Origin: a virus
Taxonomy: Duplodnaviria; Caudoviricetes
Direction: 5' to 3' (one strand)
DNA length: 38,130 nucleotides
Virus record (IMG/VR): IMGVR_UViG_3300037692_000077
Location: 1-38,130 of that record
Below are positions 32,969 to 38,130 of the stretch, piece by piece (positions within the stretch are counted from its first letter, which is position 1; each line of letters starts with the position of its first letter). The notes under the pieces were generated by a model. It was given only the letters and a program-made list of their open reading frames with translations. It ran no database searches and was not told the DNA's origin. The position numbers and the translations under genes were made by a program.

Positions 32969-34333
32969 TCACCCGATTGCAAACTTGAACTTATATTCAG
33001 GGGCAAAACACATAATAAAAGCATCAGCCAGGTTAGGGCTTTTAACGCCTCTTTTCGCTAAGTCTTTTTTGCCTTCAACCTTAAAACGCCCTGCCATGTC
33101 ATAATCTTTTCTCGGGGTGCTTAGTTCTGTGATCAATTCTTCAATATAAGCGCAATCCGATGAAATGCTTATTATTTCATCGGGATTAAAATCCAAGCCT
33201 TTTGTGACAGCATTATAGGTTGTCAGCATCCGATCTGCTACATTTTTCCACATTTGTCCCTTAGCATTAGCAAAATAATCTTTATTAGATACTCCAAATT
33301 CATAAAACACATGAGGTTTGAAAACTTTTCCACCTGAATTAAACGCCTCACACTTAACCTCTAGATTATCGTGTTTGTTTAATTCGTTAATATTTGAACC
33401 GACCCCCGCCCCAACTCCTATACTGTCATATCTAACCGTTGAACCAAATAATTTAGCCTCATTTCTTACTATTTTTGCGCTCTTGACTAATTCATCCTCT
33501 TTCGCTCTCCACTGATGGACCTTACTAACCAATATTCCATGTTTATTTACAAAGGCATTCGAATCGCTTCCGCTATCAGCAACATCATACCCTGTTATTT
33601 TTTCACCTGAAACCTCGATTTTCAACTTCTTGTGCGCATCAATACAGGCGTTAATCCATGCCCTTTTTATTATAACTTCGTCGTCATCCTGTCTTGGAAA
33701 CCCTTCATAAATGTGGAGGTATTTATCATAGTCAAACAGCTTTACTTCCTCAATAGTCTTTTTGCTTACATCTGACAAGAACGGGTTTTCGTCGTAGTTT
33801 ATTTTTCTGACCAAGGTGTCATCCGGAGTGTTTAGGATGAATTTTTTGTATATGAAATCCGTTTCTAATTTAGGGTTGAATATAAGCCATATTTCGGAAT
33901 GGTTTTTTCTGATAGTAGGGATAAGGATATCCCACATGGTTTCGGTAATACTGTGCGATTCTTCATTCCACAATACATCCACCCCCTCATAGGACTTTAT
34001 TTCCTCAATATTCCTTGCAAGCCCGTAAAAGTTAAATTCGGCGCCCGTTTTGATATTGATAATTTTATTGTTTGTGATCCTGTAATTTTTCCTTAACCCA
34101 AATCTATCAATTTGCTGTATCAACAAAGTATATACAGATTCTTCTATCCTGTTCTGAAACATCCGCGTGCAAAGGAATTTAAGGGGCAACTCGTCGGCTA
34201 AACGGATAGCATGGGCGGCAGCATCCCAGCTTTTAGAACTATCCCTACCGCCGTATAAGACTTTGTACCTTGACGGGGTAAGCCAAAAATCCCTTAAATT
34301 AGGATTCATTATCGCGCTACCCTTTTTTGTCAT
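32969..34333 (-). CDS. terL: Terminase large subunit (PBSX/Terminase_3-like)
   Basis: YGGRDSSKS, WNEES, IFNP, NYDENPF, GYDVADSG.D, SPNLADA. Confidence 0.96.
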   Translation of the reverse strand: MTKKGSAIMNPNLRDFWLTPSRYKVLYGGRDSSKSWDAAAHAIRLADELPLKFLCTRMFQNRIEESVYTLLIQQIDRFGLRKNYRITNNKIINIKTGAEFNFYGLARNIEEIKSYEGVDVLWNEESHSITETMWDILIPTIRKNHSEIWLIFNPKLETDFIYKKFILNTPDDTLVRKINYDENPFLSDVSKKTIEEVKLFDYDKYLHIYEGFPRQDDDEVIIKRAWINACIDAHKKLKIEVSGEKITGYDVADSGSDSNAFVNKHGILVSKVHQWRAKEDELVKSAKIVRNEAKLFGSTVRYDSIGVGAGVGSNINELNKHDNLEVKCEAFNSGGKVFKPHVFYEFGVSNKDYFANAKGQMWKNVADRMLTTYNAVTKGLDFNPDEIISISSDCAYIEELITELSTPRKDYDMAGRFKVEGKKDLAKRGVKSPNLADAFIMCFAPEYKFKFAIG

Positions 34334-34892
34334 CCCTGTGCTCGTTGTACCAATCGTTTATGTTTTTTATGGAATGGGCATTATCTGTTGAGATGCTTCC
34401 AGATAGCTCTGTTTCAGACTTATCTTTAAGCCCTAAATCCCTTGCAATAATATTCGCATCAAGCAAACCAGCGGCCGCCCCTTGGAATTTTTGATTGTAC
34501 ACAACCTGCTCTATATCGCGTATGACCGCATTAAAACCGGTTTCTCCTTCAGGTAATTGTAGCTTGAAATTACGAAAATAAGCCTCATTACAATTTAGAT
34601 AAAAGCATAATTGGCTCATGGTCATTGCTCGCATCTTGGTTAAGGATGTTTTTGTGATCACCCCCTGGAAAGCAAAGGCTTTTTGCTCCTGTAATGGATT
34701 GTTTTGGCACCAATTAAAATATTCACACGCAGCCTCCCAAAGCAATTCAGGCGTTTCAAATAGCTTATCCCTGCCGTGCTTGCTCCTAAGCCTCCAAAAC
34801 TGATTGCCTAGGCGCCTATCTCCTTCTTTTGCTTTAGATGACGCCCGTGTTTTTGGCTTAGCTTTCGCCTTATTCGCTGCTTTCTTTGCCAT
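34317..34892 (-). CDS. terS: Terminase small subunit (P22 gp3-like), start MAKKAANK
   Basis: GNQFW.LRS.HGR...F.TPE.LWEAA.EYF...QKF.GAAAGLL.ANIIARDLGL. Confidence 0.92.
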   Translation of the reverse strand: MAKKAANKAKAKPKTRASSKAKEGDRRLGNQFWRLRSKHGRDKLFETPELLWEAACEYFNWCQNNPLQEQKAFAFQGVITKTSLTKMRAMTMSQLCFYLNCNEAYFRNFKLQLPEGETGFNAVIRDIEQVVYNQKFQGAAAGLLDANIIARDLGLKDKSETELSGSISTDNAHSIKNINDWYNEHRDDKKG

Positions 34893-35000
34893 GTCATTAC
34901 ATTTTACACTAAAATATACGCTTTTTGTTACGATTTGTTTTGTTTTTGCGGTGATGGATTTACGATTTAAAACCATGCCAACACAAAGACATATACAAAT

Positions 35001-35222
35001 CTAGTCAATAAATTCAAATTCAATCCTATAATGGCCGATATCGTCACCCATATAAGCGGTTGCGCCGTATGTTTTGCGGGTGTTCAGGTCTAATATTTCA
35101 GCATAATCACCCATATTAAACTGCAAATGCAAATGATCAGGCAGGTGATTGTCCAGGTAGTCGGTCATTGCGTACTCAGCGCGGGCATGGGGCTTGGCTG
35201 TTTGGAATGTGAATGGTTTCAT
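35001..35222 (-). CDS. Hypothetical protein (start MKPFTF)
   Basis: Start chosen to avoid overlap with the upstream gene. Confidence 0.65.
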   Translation of the reverse strand: MKPFTFQTAKPHARAEYAMTDYLDNHLPDHLHLQFNMGDYAEILDLNTRKTYGATAYMGDDIGHYRIEFEFID

Positions 35223-35232
35223 GTATTCAGTA

Positions 35233-35496
35233 CTAAACAAATAAAACATCGTCCACATCAACCAATAAATCAGGCACGCCTTTAGGCCTCTTTGATACGG
35301 CATAAACATCCTTGTGCGGCCTGCCTACAATGTAGAACTTCTTTTTATAGTCCTTATGTGAACGATTCGATACGATCACCTTCATTCCTACATGATTTAC
35401 TAAGGCGTAGTAAGCCTTCTTAATAAAGTAGGTTAAAGCAAGCATGACGAAGGCGATAAGTGCCACTTGGAAGTAGGTGTCTATAAGCTGTTCCAT
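35233..35496 (-). CDS. Hypothetical membrane-anchored protein
   Basis: N-terminal TM helix followed by a small beta domain. Confidence 0.7.
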   Translation of the reverse strand: MEQLIDTYFQVALIAFVMLALTYFIKKAYYALVNHVGMKVIVSNRSHKDYKKKFYIVGRPHKDVYAVSKRPKGVPDLLVDVDDVLFV

Positions 35497-35615
35497 CCTA
35501 GTAGATTTAAGGCCTCAAAAACAAGGCTTTCGGCCATGGTTAGTATTGCTAAAATCGTTACTGCTATCATTGCGGCTGATTTTAAGGTTTCTTTTTTGGT
35601 GCCGGGCGTCCTCAT
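35481..35615 (-). CDS. 44-aa membrane peptide (below track cutoff)
   Basis: MRTPGTKKETLKSAAMIAVTILAILTMAESLVFEALNLLGWNSL; ATGA-coupled to the upstream gene. Confidence 0.55.
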   Translation of the reverse strand: MRTPGTKKETLKSAAMIAVTILAILTMAESLVFEALNLLGWNSL

Positions 35616-35806
35616 TTTGGTTCCTCCTTTATATATTTCTTTAATTCAAACAATGTGGCCTCAATCATCATTTTCAGGCCGGCACCTTTCTTTGCATGCT
35701 CCTGCCATGGCTCGCCTTTCTTCATCAATTCGATGCATTCATTTTGATTGGCGTCAAACTTATGTTTATACTCTTTCAATTGTTCCATCAATAGGTCTTT
35801 CATCAT
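35612..35806 (-). CDS. Hypothetical protein
   Basis: First ORF after promoter 35831..35862. Confidence 0.7.
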   Translation of the reverse strand: MMKDLLMEQLKEYKHKFDANQNECIELMKKGEPWQEHAKKGAGLKMMIEATLFELKKYIKEEPK

Positions 35807-35830
35807 AATCTTAGATATTAGTTAGTCCTA

Positions 35831-35862
35831 CAAATCTATTCCTTTTGTTTCACAATTGCAAA
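35831..35862 (-). promoter_or_regulatory. Promoter with variant shared motif
   Basis: TTTG-N20-TAGATTTG containing TTTGCA-ATTG-TGAAACA. Confidence 0.75.
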
Positions 35863-36033
35863 TTTATCAATGAAAAACTTACAGGCAACTTTCCAGACTT
35901 TGCAATTCGGGTGCGCTGCTCTGCTGCCTACCCGTGCGCAGTCGATTAGCTTGTGCTCAACCTCTTTGCCGTGCTTGCATTTTAGGCAATCCGGATAGGT
36001 TGTGGGTAGTTTTATTTGGTGTTTCTTTGCCAT
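35836..36033 (-). CDS. Small Cys-rich protein
   Basis: CLKCKH...C...C..F pattern. Confidence 0.65.
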   Translation of the reverse strand: MAKKHQIKLPTTYPDCLKCKHGKEVEHKLIDCARVGSRAAHPNCKVWKVACKFFIDKFAIVKQKE

Positions 36034-37111
36034 TACTGAAGTGTTTAATCCATTGTTCGTATATTTTAGAGGCTACTTGTGCGGTCATCACAGGCGGTAC
36101 ACTCATCCCTATTACATACCCCCATTGATTCCTGTTTGTAAAATTATAATCTTGTGGATAGCTTCCAATATTGCAAAATTCGCTTTTTGAAAGTCTTATT
36201 GGTTTTGAAAACAACAAACTACAATGACGGCCTTTTGATGTTAGTGTTTGGCAGACTTTGTTATCATAAACGTAAAAAGTATTCATGTCGCTAATTTTCA
36301 TACCTTCAACCCTGGCCTTGCTTTTAGCTATATCGGAATCTCCCTTCCTTCTTACGTCCCAGGCCTTTTTTGCATATTCCGAAATAGGTTCGCCGCAAAA
36401 GTCGGCCAATTCAATAAATGGTATTTCAGGTTCCTTAAATTCCATTTCTAGCTTCGGCACCACGGAAAACAAATCTTTCTGATGCATAAAAGGTTTTGCT
36501 AAATCTTTGCGCAAAGCAACAAAGAAAACTCGTTCCCTGCGTTGCGGCACCCCCATTTTTGAAGCATCTAAAAGCCAATGTTGGCAATAGTAACCGGCCA
36601 AATCAAATTCTCTATAAATGCGCCTAACGTATTCTTTCGCATTACCTAACAACAGCCCCTTCACATTCTCAGCCACAACGACTTTTGGCTGCAATTCTTT
36701 TGCTAAATCAATAAAATCAAAAAATAAATTATCTAAAATTTGATTTGCCTGGCCTTCTCTAAATTTCTTTTCTTTGCCCCAATCCTTTTCACGATTTCCG
36801 GCCATTGAAAAACTGCTGCAAGGTGGCGAACCGTCCAAAATATCAAGCTCATAAAGTTCTTTCGGCAAATCCTTACGCATTTTAAAGGTTTGTATAGGTT
36901 CTAAAAAGGCATATTTAGGATTGTGATTGGCCTTGTATGCTTCCATCATTTTAGGGTCTATTTCATTGCACCCTATAACATCAAAACCAGCCAATTTATA
37001 TCCCATAGTAGAACCCCCACCACAAGCAAAACAGCTAAAGACCTTGCCTTTGTCTTTGGTAAAATTTGAATCTTTCAAAGTCCAGTTATATGGAAATTTA
37101 TGTTTATTCAT
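35957..37111 (-). CDS. DNA (cytosine-5) methyltransferase
   Basis: FSCFACGGG, GSPPCSSFS, ENVKG, PQRRERVF, IGMSVPP. Confidence 0.96.
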   Translation of the reverse strand: MNKHKFPYNWTLKDSNFTKDKGKVFSCFACGGGSTMGYKLAGFDVIGCNEIDPKMMEAYKANHNPKYAFLEPIQTFKMRKDLPKELYELDILDGSPPCSSFSMAGNREKDWGKEKKFREGQANQILDNLFFDFIDLAKELQPKVVVAENVKGLLLGNAKEYVRRIYREFDLAGYYCQHWLLDASKMGVPQRRERVFFVALRKDLAKPFMHQKDLFSVVPKLEMEFKEPEIPFIELADFCGEPISEYAKKAWDVRRKGDSDIAKSKARVEGMKISDMNTFYVYDNKVCQTLTSKGRHCSLLFSKPIRLSKSEFCNIGSYPQDYNFTNRNQWGYVIGMSVPPVMTAQVASKIYEQWIKHFSNGKETPNKTTHNLSGLPKMQARQRG

Positions 37112-37129
37112 AACTAGTTTTATTAAAAA

Positions 37130-37366
37130 TTACACCACCCCTTTAAATATCCTCCGTGCATTCGCTGGTAGTACTCCTGTTTTCTTGCACGCGTTGTAAA
37201 ATCTACTACTACTCAGCATTTTGACGTTAACCTTTTCGCCGTCCTTATCAAATGTCATATTTTCCGCTAATTCAGCGATTTTTCGCACCCTGTCAGGCGG
37301 TGAATGCCTGAAAATTAATGGGTCGTGGGTGCCGGGGCGTTGGTAGTATGTTGTTTCGGTTTTCAT
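37130..37366 (-). CDS. Hypothetical protein
   Basis: 78-aa ORF with good start context. Confidence 0.7.
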   Translation of the reverse strand: MKTETTYYQRPGTHDPLIFRHSPPDRVRKIAELAENMTFDKDGEKVNVKMLSSSRFYNACKKTGVLPANARRIFKGVV

Positions 37367-37432
37367 GTCTTAATTTTTAATTAGTTCCACTAAATTACTG
37401 ATTTTCTGGCAATTTCGCCAGCTTTTTAACAT

Positions 37433-37675
37433 TTATTTTTCAGGCTTATAAACCTCTGGCCATCGGTCGCCAGCCCATAAAATCGGTCTACGCATTCCTA
37501 AATCTAAAAGAATCATTGTTGCGACGTGTCTTAATTCCCGCACTGTATCACCCATGATTTTTGCCGGTGTCTCTGAATAGGATTTAGGTTTGCCGGTTTC
37601 ATCGTAATGGACCTCATGCACCTGAAGAGTTACTTCTCCGTCGTGCTCGTGTGCTAAAATTCGGTAGTTCCACAT
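37433..37675 (-). CDS. Hypothetical phage protein
   Basis: MWNYRIL...VHEVHYD..G.P..YS..P pattern. Confidence 0.75.
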   Translation of the reverse strand: MWNYRILAHEHDGEVTLQVHEVHYDETGKPKSYSETPAKIMGDTVRELRHVATMILLDLGMRRPILWAGDRWPEVYKPEK

Positions 37676-37692
37676 TGTTTTTGTTTTTGGTT

Positions 37693-38077
37693 TTAAAATA
37701 GTCGTTTTTGTGATTTATGCAAATTGAAAGCCGCCACTCCGGCGTCGAAATATTCTTTGTCGATTTCGCAAATGTCTAAATCGAAGCCCTCGAGGTCGCA
37801 TGCTATTGCATGAGTCATACTGCCGCCGTGGGTGTCTAATATTTTCATACCGGGGGTGGCGTAGTTTTTCAGGCACCACCGATACAAGTCTATAGATTTT
37901 TGAGTCGGATGTCGCTTCCCTCCCTTGTCAACCATTGCAGAATATTTATAAAATATTCGAAGGTTTTTACCTTTGCGAACCCACGCAAGCTCCCCCTCTG
38001 CAAATGACAAATTCGGATTCTTTTTATCCCACAACAACCAATGAGGAGATGGTGGCAGGAATTCTGTAAAATAATTG
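37693..38077 (-). CDS. C-terminal half of the frameshifted N6A/N4C methyltransferase
   Basis: NYF, WDKK, ELAW, HPTQKS..LY.W, ILDTHGGSMT.AIA, EIDKEYF. Confidence 0.9.
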
Positions 38078-38130
38078 CCCCCCCCCAAATTATTTGATTA
38101 AAACTAACCCTAAACAACTCATTAAAGAAT
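37959..38130. repeat. Terminal overlap copy 2
   Basis: 172 bp equal to 1..171 plus one extra C (run 38078..38086). Confidence 0.97.

Noticed and set aside
117-37199. All plus-strand ORFs in the track
   Set aside because: They are antisense shadows of well-supported minus-strand genes, with no motifs or plus-strand promoters
37959-38130. Physical direct terminal repeat
   Set aside because: It falls mid-gene around a polymorphic homopolymer; better explained as circular assembly overlap
1-38130. Stop-codon reassignment
   Set aside because: Standard code gives full-length genes with dense packing; TAA, TAG and TGA all end genes; no suppressor tRNA

Overview
Apparently complete, circularly permuted genome (~37,958 bp unique; 1..171 is repeated at 37959..38130) of a long-tailed dsDNA phage. 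The host is inferred to be Bacteroidota, from TTTG-N19/20-TAnnTTTG promoters, A-rich translation starts without Shine-Dalgarno, and DUF6291- and DUF5675-type genes. Every credible gene is on the minus strand. In transcription order: TerS/TerL, portal, MuF-like protein, HK97 protease and capsid, neck and tail genes with a -1 frameshifted chaperone, tape measure, a 1234-aa tail tip/fibre with S74 chaperone, a lysis cassette, and a second receptor-binding module containing a GIY-YIG gene. Then come early genes, recombination (DUF1351/Bet/HNH/MBL/NinG/SSB), a tRNA-Thr with structured non-coding elements, replication (DUF6291, DnaB) and three DNA methyltransferases. I saw no integrase or CI/Cro switch. 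Top observations: (1) a predicted ~78-nt sRNA complementary to the phage's own translation-start regions; (2) an MTase poly-G tract present as G8 and G9 in the two end copies, both out of frame (G7 is in frame); (3) a cluster of stem-closed candidate ncRNAs beside the tRNA; (4) a switch-like leader on the HNH gene; (5) five promoters sharing an operator-like motif. All family calls and RNA folds were made by eye; no searches were run.
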